Positions 12,597 to 24,900 of a stretch of DNA of 64,000 bases are shown here, one piece after another. Made by a program: the position numbers and the translations under genes. The DNA is from Lama guanicoe (taxonomy: Eukaryota). Location: the NCBI GenBank assembly GCA_013239625.1, contig MU053513.1:82370-146369 (forward strand). The letters are read 5' to 3'. The notes below the pieces were generated by a model. It did not search any database and was not told the origin of the DNA. It saw only the letters and a list, made by a program, of their open reading frames with translations. How positions within the stretch are numbered: position 1 is the stretch's first letter; every line of letters begins with the position of its first letter.

Positions 12597-13450
12597 CTTG
12601 TAGATACAAATATAAATCCTTTATGTCATAAAAGCCAGCAAGAGGCAAAATTATTATTCTAGTTTAAAGGGTTATGACCATCCTTTCAAATAACCGAGTA
12701 TATAAGAGTTTTTTAAAACATGTATTTTCTGACCGAGTGATATAATTTCATCGATATCTGAACTAAACAATAAACAATCTACTATTAAATGGTAGACATG
12801 ATTTAGGATGATTTCTGCTTTTGTTTCTTTTTCTTAATATGAATGGTCTAGTATAATTGATATCTGTATTCTAGTCACACTACCTCAAAATTTGAGAATC
12901 ATCCTGTATTTTTTTTTCTCCTTCACCTTCTATAGCATCAGCTACCAGATCTTACTTCACACATGTGCAAAAGTCTATGGCTACCCTCCCTGTTCTGAGC
13001 TATGTGTATTGATGCACTGTCGTATGTTTCCCGACATACTTGTGTTTGTCTTTAGGTAAAGGTATTTGTGACGGATCCCATATACTATGATTACTTTTAG
13101 TCACAAGAGCAGACTCATTTTACAAATTAAGCTCCAGCCAATGTAATAGCATAATTGTGAGCTCTTACCATTGGAAAGTTTCTCCAGCCCTGGTTGGAAG
13201 CCTCAAGTGGTGATTTTAGGGGTAAGGATGCATAAGGTCGGTATCTTTACTAGTCGGAGTCCATGCCCTTCTCAACTGACTACAGTAGCTATCATTTCTT
13301 TGCCTCTCCAATTTGAAGCTGGAATAGAAGGAGGAGAGAAAAGTGTTAGAAAAGATTGTACTTGGCTGGTATAGTTATAATCTGACTCAGATGACTTCTG
13401 ACCACACATGTACAGTTTCAGGCTCATTATCTTATAGAGTATTTTCAAAG

Positions 13451-15463
13451 ATTCCTCATAGAGCCTTCTACTGGACAATTCCAACAGAAAATGATTTGGT
13501 ATAAATAATGTGACCCTTCTGGCTGTGCCTACTAATTGATTCCCCATTACCCCAAAGCCTCAGGAGGCCATCTTTGCCCCTCCAGGTGGTCCTCTTGTGT
13601 GAGATTACTTTTTAGAAACACAATAGGACACCACAACTCTGAGTCAGTTCTCCGAATGCAACCCACTCTATTACACCTGTTCCATCTGGCCTCTGCCATT
13701 TTCCCTTAGATTTGTCTCAATAAAGTTAGACCTTATCTTTGTGCTCCCCTGAAAAAAAACATCCCAGGTTCACGTCAGGTTCTCTAAGCATTTCAGTTGA
13801 AGGCCCTCAACCTTATGTTGAAGAAAAATGTCCTCCCCCAGGCCTTTCCTTCATATAGCCTACTGTCAATACGCTCTAAAAGAACACTATTTTTCCAGTC
13901 ATTGCCACTTTATTGTCAGACTTCAAGACAGATGAAGAGCTACTGTTGGTAGAAGTATTTTCATAATCTTTTAGCATGTTCTGTTCAAGTAATCTAACAA
14001 CTTGCTTTATTTGATGTATTGTTCTTGGCCTTTGCTCAAAACTCATGAAAGAAAGAATCTCATCTCAATATCTGGTTACCAATATATGTCTTTCTCACCA
14101 AGTATTGGTTCAAAGTTCTATGACTTACCAGTTGGTAGACCTTAGCCATATTATTTACTTTCTGTGGGACATGGTTTCTTCACCTGTAAAATGGGTCTAA
14201 TAAGCTTACCTTACTGTAATGATATCATTTATTGAGCCCTTACTGAAATAGCATTTATTTAATACTGTATCAAAAAATAATAAGTATGCAAATCTCCTTA
14301 CATCTGATGTCTTGTGTATGAGGTGAGATTTGTCACTTTCCCACATTTCATGATGGGGCATATATATGTCAATTAGCATGCCCACATTTAGATAGCTATT
14401 AACCTGCACAAATGACAGAGCTGGGAGTCTAGAAATTTCTCTTCAAAATTCATGCCCACTGTGATAGATACACTGACAGCCAACTTTACTGAGAGGATTA
14501 TATGAGATAATTGGTTTAAAGCACTTACTGTGCCTGATATATAAATCCCATTAGCAAATTACAGAAACCATTATATAATTTATATTTACCCTTCCTTCAG
14601 TATTTCCATTACCAATATACTTTCTTCTTATAGCTACTAATAAGCATGGATTAAATGAATGAATGAATTAATAATCTAGTGTTAATGTATGGTTATAAAA
14701 ATTTAGCCTTGTAGTTTTTCCATTTTTATGTGCTATTCTTACTATAAATATTAAAGCTCCTTTATGTATATTAATTAATAATATTACCTTTATACCTTAA
14801 CTTCAATTTTAACTATTATTTCTGAAACATTCTTTCCAAGGAATGAAAATAATTCTGCTTCCAAATAAATACGGAGAAAATAGAAGTAGCTACCATACTC
14901 ATTTTGTTTTAGGGTTTGAAATCCTCTCTCACATATTATTTAGTTTATATAATCATTTGTCTCATACTTTACATTTATTTTGTAACTATAGTACTATACC
15001 CTCATGGAGCATAGTGCTTGCTATGCAGTAGATGCTCAGTTAATACTCACTGAATGAAATAAATATTTCTTATTATCATTTTACGGAAGAGAATAATACA
15101 AATTGAAATTATTTGTCCTACTCCATAAATCTGGTAAACTCTGTTTTCAGACTTCCCAAACTAGCTTTCATCACAATTAAATTCCAAAATCTATTTTGTT
15201 TGAGTCATTGTTGGCCCCAACACCAGGACACTTGCAAGCTCATTAAAAAGTATACACATTTAAATATATAGTGGGTTACTTTCTAGGTTTTTGAAGTGAG
15301 TAAATACAGATTCATTTATCCAGTTATCTTACAAATGTTTGGAACATAGTAAAGCTATGATACAGCCTTTGTAAGGAACTTTACTTATCTATTTATGTAT
15401 TTAGTTAGTTTTTAAAACAGGGTATAATAAGAAACTAAAGTGGATGATTGGCTGTAATCAGTT
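13451..15463 (+). repeat. Tandem duplication, copy 1 (2013 bp)
   Basis: Runs from attcctcatagagcc to ggctgtaatcagtt and is nearly identical to 15465-17562. The duplicated ORF-track entries 14206/16305 and 14843/16942 are offset by 2099. Confidence 0.98.
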
Positions 15464-16149
15464 AATTCCTCATAGAGCCTTCTACTGGACAATTCCAACA
15501 GAAAATGATTTGGTATAAATAATGTGACCCTTCTGGCTGTGCCTACTAATTGATTCCCCATTACCCCAAAGCCTCAGGAGGCCATCTTTGCCCCTCCAGG
15601 TGGTCCTCTTGTATGAGATTACTTTTTAGAAACACAATAGGACACCACAGCTCTGAGTCAGTTCTCCGAATGCAACCCGCTCTATTACACCTGTTCCATC
15701 TGGCCTCTGCCATTTTCCCTTAGATTTGTCTCAATAAAGTTAGACCTTATCTTTGTGCTCCCCTGAAAAAAAACATCCCAGGTTCACGTCAGGTTCTCTA
15801 AGCATTTCAGTTGAAGGCCCTCAACCTTATGTTGAAGAAAAATGTCCTCCCCCAGGCCTTTCCTTCATATAGCCTACTGTCAATACGCTCTAAAAGAACA
15901 CTATTTTTCCAGTCATTGCCACTTTATTGTCAGACTTCAAGACAGATGAAGAGCTACTGTTGGTAGAAGTATTTTCATAATCTTTTAGCATGTTCTGTTC
16001 AAGTAATCTAACAACTTGCTTTATTTGATGTATTGTTCTTGGCCTTTGCTCAAAACGCATGAAAGAAAGAATCTCATCTCAATATCTGGTTACCAATATA
16101 TGTCTTTCTCACCAAGTACTTTAAAAACTTCTTAAAGTCAAGAACAAAT

Positions 16150-16660
16150 GCAGCATGGAGTGATGGTTAGAAACACAGACAACAGGGCCAGGTGTGATTT
16201 GGTTCAAATCCAAGTTCTATGACTTACCAGTTGGTAGACCTTGGCCATATTATTTACTTTCTGTGGGACACGATTTCTTCACCTGTAAAATGGGTCTAAT
16301 AAGCCTACCTTACTGTAATGATATCATTTATTGAGCCCTTACTGAAATAGCATTTATTTAATACTGTATCAAAAAATAATAAGTATGCAAATCTCCTTAC
16401 ATCTGATGTCTTGTGTATGAGGTGAGATTTGTCACTTTCCCACATTTCATGATGGGGCATATATATGTCAATTAGCATGCCCACATTTAGATAGCTATTA
16501 ACCTGCACAAATGACAGAGCTGGGAGTCTAGAAATTTCTCTTCAAAATTCATGCCCACTGTGATAGATACACTGACAGCCAACTTTACTGAGAGGATTAT
16601 ATGAGATAATTGGTTTAAAGCACTTACTGTGCCTGATATATAAATCCCATTAGCAAATTA
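16150..16660 (+). mobile_element. MIR SINE split by an oppositely oriented MIR-like insert (5'-deleted counterpart at ~14105-14560)
   Basis: gcagcatggagtgatggttag...ggttcaaatcc...gaccttggcc...cacctgtaaaatggg, resuming at ~16580 with gaggattatatgagataat...taaagcactta. Confidence 0.8.
16315..16530 (-). mobile_element. Decayed MIR nested within the plus-strand MIR (also at ~14216-14431)
   Basis: catttattgagcccttact...tatgaggtg...cccacatttcatgatgggg...gacagagctggga matches MIR antisense landmarks. Confidence 0.55.
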
Positions 16661-17999
16661 CAGAAACCATTATATAATTTATATTTACCCTTCCTTCAGT
16701 ATTTCCATTACCAATATACTTTCTTCTTATAGCTACTAATAAGCATGGATTAAATGAATGAATGAATTAATAATCTAGTGTTAATGTATGGTTATAAAAA
16801 TTTAGCCTTGTAGTTTTTCCATTTTTATGTGCTGTTCTTACTATAAATATTAAAGCTCCTTTATGTATATTAATTAATAATATTACCTTTATACCTTAAC
16901 TTCAATTTTAACTATTATTTCTGAAACATTCTTTCCAAGGAATGAAAATAATTCTGCTTCCAAATAAATACGGAGAAAATAGAAGTAGCTACCATACTCA
17001 TTTTGTTTTAGGGTTTGAAATCCTCTCTCACATATTATTTAGTTTATATAATCATTTGTCTCATACTTTACATTTATTTTGTAACTATAGTACTATACCC
17101 TCATGGAGCATAGTGCTTGCTATGCAGTAGATGCTCAGTTAATACTCACTGAATGAAATAAATATTTCTTATTATCATTTTACAGAAGAGAATAATACAA
17201 ATTGAAATTATTTGTCCTACTCCACAAATCTGGTAAACTCTGTTTTCAGACTTCCCAAACTAGCTTTCATCACAATTAAATTCCAAAATCTATTTTGTTT
17301 GAGTCATTGTTGGCCCCAACACCAGGACACTTGCAAGCTCATTAAAAAGTATACACATTTAAATATATAGTGGGTTACTTTCTAGGTTTTTGAGGTGAGT
17401 AAATACAGATTCATTTATCCAGTTATCTTACAAATGTTTGGACCATAGTAAAGCTATGATACAGCCTTTGTAAGGAACTTTACTTATCTATTTATGTATT
17501 TAGTTAGTTTTTAAAACAGGGTATAATAAGAAACTAAAGTGGATGATTGGCTGTAATCAGTTTACTCACAATGTCCGTTAGTATCACATGACCAATATTG
17601 CTTATGGGACTTACCCAGATAGGATGTTTATGTACGGTTAAACTTATAATTTTCTCAAAACAAACAAAACCCAAAACAGCCTTATATTTATCCTGTTCAG
17701 TTACTGTGTGGAGTTATAAACTATGTCTTGCTGAGTTTTTGACCTGACAGAGTAGAGAAGCTAGGGCTTTGGCCTAAAAAATAAGAATATGTTCATGAGA
17801 AATCTCAAATAATAAATTTAAAATAATAAATCTGTTGAAATATTTACTTCACTCAATAATATATCTTACATAAAGAGTATGTAGCAGCCACTTTCCTAAT
17901 CCCTAGTTTAGTACAAATGTAGTATATTAAACTTTCCTAGGTTAATATAAAGTGAATTAAGCTGACAAAATTACTGACATGCATGGAGTATAGTTTCCA

Positions 18000-20600
18000 C
18001 CAGAAAAAAATTGTTTATTAAAAACAATAAAATAAGGAAAAAGAAACATAAAGAGGAATCATTAATATGGATGCAACTTTTAACAGGGTAGTGAGGAAAA
18101 AAACTTTCAAAAAAAGAGGACATTCTAATAAAAATCTGAAGGAAGTGAGGGAGGAAGTGATCATGTAGACGGGGGAAAGATGATTTCAAGCATTTAGAAC
18201 AATAAATGCAAGCAGTCTACATTCAAGCAAGATTGGTGTTGGGAGAACAGCATGTGGAAGCAGAATGTCAGAAAGAATGGTCAGAAACAGAGAAAAATGT
18301 GACAGAAAGTAGTGGAGAGAAAATCACATTGGGTCACTACAACAGTTTTGACTCTTAATTGGAATGAGATTGAGAGACTTTGGAGGTTTCTTAGCAGAGT
18401 GAACTCATTATGTTTTATGGGTTCATGAGTTTATTCTGACTCCTATGTTAAGAGTAGTGTGAAAGGGGAAAAGGAAAAATCAATGTGAACGGCCAAGGTC
18501 AAACATCAATTGACCAAGGTCAAATGTCAATCTGGCTATTGCAAGATTGAATGGAGAGATGATGACTCAGATCTGGATGGCTGACAGACTCAAATTGATT
18601 CATCTAATTAGCAGTGGAGCTGTTGAGATGTAGTCAAATTCTGAGTATTTAAGGTAAAGCTGATGAAATTTACCAAACTGTTGAAGCAGAGTCCAAGAGA
18701 AAGGGGTGCTGAAGAAGATTCAAATATCCCTAACTAACACAATTTGAATTACTGGAATTAATATTGTATAACATGGGATAGGATAGAGGGAGAACAAGTT
18801 TGGGTAAAAGACTAAAGTATGGTATCATAGGTTAATTTGAGATATTCACTAGACAACAAAGTGTAAAGGTTGAGTTGGCCAATGGAGATTGGTGTCTGAA
18901 GTTCCAAAGATATTCAGCACTGCAAATATTTCTATTTGAGAAACTAAAGTATATTGACATTATTGAAATCCATAGATTTTGTACACTATGTTTCACAGTC
19001 TTTCATACAATTAAGACCTTTTCTTCTATATACAAACATAGTGATAGTTTCATCTATCCAATATATACATATATTAGATGCATATTAAAAAAATCTGAAT
19101 GTAATATGCCATTCCATTCCTAGTTATACATAAGTTAGGATGCATGTATATTTTCCCAACAAGGCACATGCAAGAGTATTCATACAACACTACTTATAAT
19201 ATTCCAGACTAGAAGTAACTCATACATCTATGCTTATTAGACAGGGTAAATTAATCCTGGTATATTTATCCAATAGAAAACTGTAGAGAAAAGAGAATGA
19301 ATGCACTACATCTACCCACCATAATGTAGATGAATATCACATACATTATGTTGAGCAAATGAAACCAGACTAAAAAAGAAGATACTGTAATTTTTCCACT
19401 TACATAGAATGAGGAAGTGTGAGAAGTCAAGATGGTAGCTGACACTGGCATGTTGACAGCTGAGGGAGGCACAAGCGGGACTTTGGGAGAATCTTGCTCT
19501 TTCTCCTGAACTCAGTACTGGTTACGTCACTGTGTTCACTTTGTGAAAAGTCATCAATCTACTCACTGATGATTTGTGTACTTTTCTGTATTTATGTCAT
19601 ATGTCAAATACAACATTTAATTAAACTATCTCTATTGACCTCCCTTCTCCCTCCAACTACTGATGTTGGAAAATACACAGTAAAGAGGGAAAATCTGACA
19701 CAGTAATTTTTCACCAGAGAGAAAAACGTTACTATGTCAATATCCTTAAACATACGACAGGAAATGGAAAGTAGTGTACAGGAAGAGTTTGGTCATTGAT
19801 AGGAGTGTGGGTAGATCATCCATTCCGTCTGGAAAAGTGACAGAGCATGGATACAGATGCAGGTACAAGAATAGATTCTTGTTTAGATGAGAGATTACAA
19901 GATTAATTTACTGGAGAAATAAGAAAAGTGGGCTTATTTGATTTCAGTTTTGAAGAAATTGAAGAGAGCCAAACAGTGTGTATGTGTGTGCACACACATG
20001 TGTGGCAGTGTGAGTATATGTTTTCCTACCATATTTAACTATTCCAGTATGGAAGCTAGAAAAGTGGATATATCCAAGGTTATTGTTTAGCCCAGTGGAT
20101 AAGATAAAGTGAGAGAAGGGTAAGATAACTGGGTATATATGCAGGCAAATAAATGTAATGATTGAACATAGGATTTAATCTACATAAAACTGGATATGAG
20201 AACCTGAGCAAAGTGATAGCAAAAGTGTGCTAAAACCATGGATTATGGATGCTAAAGACAAGGAAGATTTTGAAGTTTCTTAAGGCTTGAGGTCTGAGAG
20301 GCAGTGAGATGAAAGAATACGAGGTGATGGTTAGAAAATTAAAATTTAAAATAGAGTATTGGCACTTAACATTGTAATGATAAGGTCAAATGTAATGCCA
20401 CAGGAATAAGAAAACAAGAAAGATGAGATCATAGGGACAGAAGAAGTAAAAAAAATGTTGGACACTAGAATTTTGTTAAAATCATCTATTGATTACAATT
20501 TAATAGAATCATCTATATATAATTTTGAAATTATCGTGAGTTATAAGAATAGAGTCAGAAGTAGTAACTATAACCTGGGAGTTAAGTATTGAATATTAAA
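18000..20600 (-). mobile_element. Decayed L2, interrupted by an L1ME at ~19060-19625
   Basis: Purine-rich antisense L2 landmarks: aaatctgaaggaagtgaggga, ttttgactcttaattggaatgagattg, ggagagatgatg, atttgagatattcactagaca. Confidence 0.7.
19060..19625 (+). mobile_element. L1ME-type 3' end
   Basis: ccattccattcctagttatac; gttcactttgtgaaaagtcatcaa; gatttgtgtacttttctgtatttatg. Confidence 0.75.
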
Positions 20601-21764
20601 TTTTAAAAAAGATACAGAATGGGCATACACAGTGAATCTGCATGTTGACCTAGGATTTTGTATTCTGTAATGATGGCATGAAAAGCAAAAATATATTATC
20701 GTAAGTTTATTTTTACTTAATGTGGTCATTTTGCTTTTTGGAAGTTGAAATATTTTCATATTTATAGTGTATTAGGCTTAATTCATTTTCTTTGATTATA
20801 TTTATGAGGAAAATTCCAAATCAACTGAATATGACAAGCTTATAGAAACATAAATATTCACTGAGCAAAGATTGCTTAGAAATATACAACATATATTTTT
20901 AAATAAATGCAACATTTAATTTTCCCCAAGAAGAAGAAGAATACCAAGATAACAAGAGGAAAATCATACTAATATTTAGAAATATAGCTTGCTTCTCTAA
21001 CCTGACCACAACAATGGAAATTACCTTCAAAATGTCCTTAAAATATTTAGATTTCTTTCTTAAGGCATGTGTTTGATTTTGGAGGCTTAGTTTTATGAAT
21101 TCTGGGGAAATAATTAAATCAGTAGACTTAGTTGCTTTATCTGATTATGATAGTCTTATAAATATACATTTCAAACAGTATTCCAAAATCTTTACATATT
21201 ATACTGAGATGTGTAAATTTATATAAAATGCAGACTCCTCTGGGAGAATAGTTGAAATACGTACTTATTTATTCCCAAGGTCTTTTATAAGAAACAATAG
21301 AAGACTTCCGTGCAAGTTTAATGAATTTAAAACCGCTTCAACTTTTTTTATAAAGTTTATTAAATCCCTTTTCCACTTAAGCTACTGATACAATACAGAA
21401 GTTATTTCAAGGATGTTTAGCAATCTAAAGATGTGACTCAGAATGCTGCAGGTTGATGAAGAGCAAAATTGGGCAATGGAACTCTTCGCTTTCACTTCAG
21501 CCTATGCAGCCTCGCTTTAACCCATTTTATATACTGGCTTTAGCTTCAGGTTATGATTGAAACAACAGTGTCTACTAATGAAAAGAATAATGATAAACAT
21601 ACTGGTACTCAAAAATGGGCACTGGATCTCATGATGTGTTTTGTCTGTATAACCATTCTTCCTAAAACCTAAACAACATATTTAATAACGTATTTTTCAT
21701 CTTTCCTCACCATATTGAAAAATACATAGGGAGAAATTTTTAGTTTGTTTTTCTTTTAAGTAGG

Positions 21765-21985
21765 TGTCACAGCACCTTGACTGTTCCTGATATGTACTGA
21801 ATGCTCCATAAGTATCTGTTAAGTAAGTAGATATGGACACAGAAGAGTATGTGATTATTAATCTCTCCATGTTTCCCCTTCTTCCTTTTGGAAAAAAAGA
21901 AATGAGGGGAAAGCTTACCTCAGCTGTGAAAACAAATTAGATAATGTGTACAGAAATATTCCATAAACTAAGTACTATCTCTATT
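21765..21985 (+). mobile_element. L2 tail followed by a MIR fragment
   Basis: cacagcaccttgactgttcctga...ataagtatctgttaagt; atctctccatgtttccc...cttacctc...tgtgaaaacaaattagataatg. Confidence 0.55.
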
Positions 21986-24900
21986 AAGCATAAACTATAT
22001 GGCAGAATTATGAAGTAAAATACTTTATTTTTATTAGCTCAGTATTCAAAGATACAAAGAAAAATACAGGAATAAAGTTGTTGATGATGTATTTTCTAGT
22101 AACCTCAAACACAATAATTATTTAAACAGTACTTGGGTAATCCACAAAGAGATGGGGCTAAAAGCCTGCCGCAAACATAAGGCAGAAAAGGGTCCTTAGT
22201 TCTACATAGGAAAATGAATGGCTCAAGAGGAAAACAAAAGCAGAAACAAAACCACAGTTCTCTCTAGACTTCATACTGTGATCTGGGATATATTTATTGT
22301 TCCAATCAACCAGAGTAAATTTTTAAATAACCCTAGTCTTAGTACAGCTGTAACTCTGAGTGTACAGAACACAATGGCACCCATGGAATGTTCTTACTAG
22401 AGGAAGGCAGAATGTTTAGACCATGATCATTTCAATAATAACATACTCTCTTTCAGAATCAGTATTAGGCATTTTATATACATAATCTCTTTTAACTATC
22501 ATAAGAGTGCTAAGAATTTCATATTATTTTTCCCATCAAGCTGCAAAGAAATGAATAAGTTCATGCAAACTGACCAAGAAGAAAGTAGAAGATAATGAAA
22601 TTCAAATTCAAATTTCTCCAACTCAGTTGTGGTTCATTCCATTTTGGAAAATGGAGCCATATTCAGTTAAAAAAATATTGGTGGAAATAATTTGGCAGAG
22701 CAATACAATTAGTTCAAAAGTAAAAACTGTACTACAAATAAAGTCCCTGTCATAAGAAAATAACATCTTAGCATAGAATGAGATGCTCAGGATACTGTCA
22801 GAATTCTGATCAAGCGAAACAGAAGATTTGAACAAAACAGATCATTTTATTATTGAGAAAATGTTGAAAATGCGTACCAGAGTCCCAATGCAATGATTAC
22901 AGTTAATTGCTCATATCTGCGTAATTATGCTTATGTTGACAGTTTACTTAAACAGGTAATTTTCCTATACTCCAGATCAATCATATTTAACTCAGCATTT
23001 TATAGTCTTCCCAAAGTTTCCATTTCAAAACAAATATCCTGACTTGCTGGATAAATACAGCACAGTCATAGTATAATCATCCTCTCCTTCCTGATGGAAA
23101 TCATACAAAATCAACAAGGAAAATTAAGTCATAAATCGGCTATATTGAAACTAAAGGACCGAGAAAACCTGCCTAAGTAAAAATGCATGTTTCTAAAAAT
23201 AGTCAATATTAGATAATGTTCACCAGCATAGTAAATGGTCAGCTTCATAAAGCATTAGCCATAGTACTGATACTGGAGTGCAGGCACAAAGTCCGCAGAC
23301 AGATAACCAAACTGTTGAGAAATCAGTGGAGGCAGAGTTATGGGAAAAACTCCTCCTGGGCCTGATTTGGTTCAGACAGGCAGACAGAAACAAATATAGA
23401 GTTCCATATGTGAAGGGCGTAGTCTGGCTCTGTGGCATCTTACGAGGGATTCTTTGAATTTTAAAGTCTAGAAAGGTACCACTCCCTCGTCCACTATTGG
23501 AAAATATTGCAAATGGCTGGTTCAGAAAACTGCAGTTCATTCAATTATGAGCAATTTAAAGAAGATGGCACAAACTTCATAATAAATAATAATTTGTTTC
23601 ATAACAAAAAATAATCAAGAAAATAAAAGTAACATTTCTTAATCAACTAAAAGAAATCAGCTCCATGGGAAAATGTTGCCATACAGTAGATAAAAATTAA
23701 GGACATTTCACTGTTAATGCTGTGCAAGATGTCCAATCAACCAGACTACTAATGACAGAGTGTCAGTTGCGATAAAGTTTATCTCCCTGCTCACGGAGTA
23801 TCATGCAGTGGCATTTTTCTGTGGAGTATTTCGCCTGAATACTTGGTGCCTTCTTCTTGTTTTAATACTTAGAAATATGCACACCAAGATTTCTAGACAC
23901 CACTTAAAGGCAGATCTTAGTTTATATGTTCCAAGTAAAGCACCTAACTCAGTGAACTTTCCCCAATCATTTTCAAAGCTAGGAGAAAACCAGCTGTTCT
24001 GCTTAGATGGCAATCATTTACATGATTATTGGGTGTTCTCTAGCAAATTTTTCACAGTGGGAGACTTTTTACAGATAAGAAATTCATCAGTGATAGAGGA
24101 ATAGATTGCAAAACAGTCTAGTTAAATGTTATTATAGAGAAATTGCACATTTTATCTATTTAAACATGATTGCTTTGTTTTGGAGTGTAGGTTCGTTCAA
24201 ATAAGCTTTAGAATATAACATTTTCCAAGAAGTCATTTTCTTGAAGAAACTAGCTAAGTTAAAAATAAACTTTTGTCAGCAGAAAAACAGTTTAGCTAAC
24301 TGTTTGTCATCCTTAGCGGGAGAAGAGCAAGGGGAATCAAACGCCATCAATTGTGTGATAAATAGCCTGGGTTATAGAACTTTCAAGCAGAGGGTAGTAG
24401 TCTTGTGAGAGAAAAACCACACGCTAGACCATATTTTTATTCTTTAAATTAAAGTCATGAGATTAGGGGGCTGGCAGGTTGAAGGAGACACAGTCATTAG
24501 GCTTTTAAAAATGTCCCTTTTGTTTTATTTTTATTGTGATTCCGGCAGTGAGCAAATTCAAAAAAGCTCCTCTTACTCAATTTGTATGGGTGTAAATAGC
24601 TGAATCCCAGGGAGATAAGGTTCAGCTCAGCAGCTTAGCTAATTGAGAAACATTGACACCCAAATTGACCTGCTTCTTTCTTACCTCTGAGGCCACAAAC
24701 CTCCTACTGGCAGGAGCAGCTGGGGAGGCATATAGAACACACCAAGTTGTGTCTGAGCATAAGTAGTTTTCAGAGAAATGGAAGGGTTATAACCAAGGAT
24801 TGATAAATAGCAAATTATATCATGTAAAAATGGGCAGTACTTCAAAGTAGTCATATTATTTGTCTTTAATATTTGCACTAAAATAGCATCTGATTTTAAA

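Larger units (their letters stand above)
15465..17562 (+). repeat. Tandem duplication, copy 2 (2098 bp)
   Basis: Same ends as copy 1, with an extra 80-bp segment (16119-16198) and an extra 5-bp segment (~16209-16213). Confidence 0.98.

Noticed and set aside
13040..13066. Recursive splice-site-like tttag|gtaaag (also ttctag|gtaaaa near 43676)
   Set aside because: Donors are weak, and such motifs are frequent by chance in AT-rich DNA.
13579..13593. CTCF-like motif cctccaggtggtcc (duplicated near 15593) and ccaccaggtgcca at 37523
   Set aside because: Each has a mismatch at a core position and cannot be supported without PWM or ChIP data.
14206..17130. Two pairs of identical ORFs suggesting a duplicated gene
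   Set aside because: They are chance ORFs, partly within decayed MIR sequence, copied by the tandem duplication. No protein similarity was recognised.
21910..21940. 5-nt micro-exon ttttcacag|CTGAG|gtaagc on the minus strand
   Set aside because: It lies in a decayed MIR fragment with no supporting gene context.
23220..24104. 106-aa and 114-aa ORFs
   Set aside because: No recognisable domain or coding-like composition. ORFs of this length occur by chance in 64 kb.
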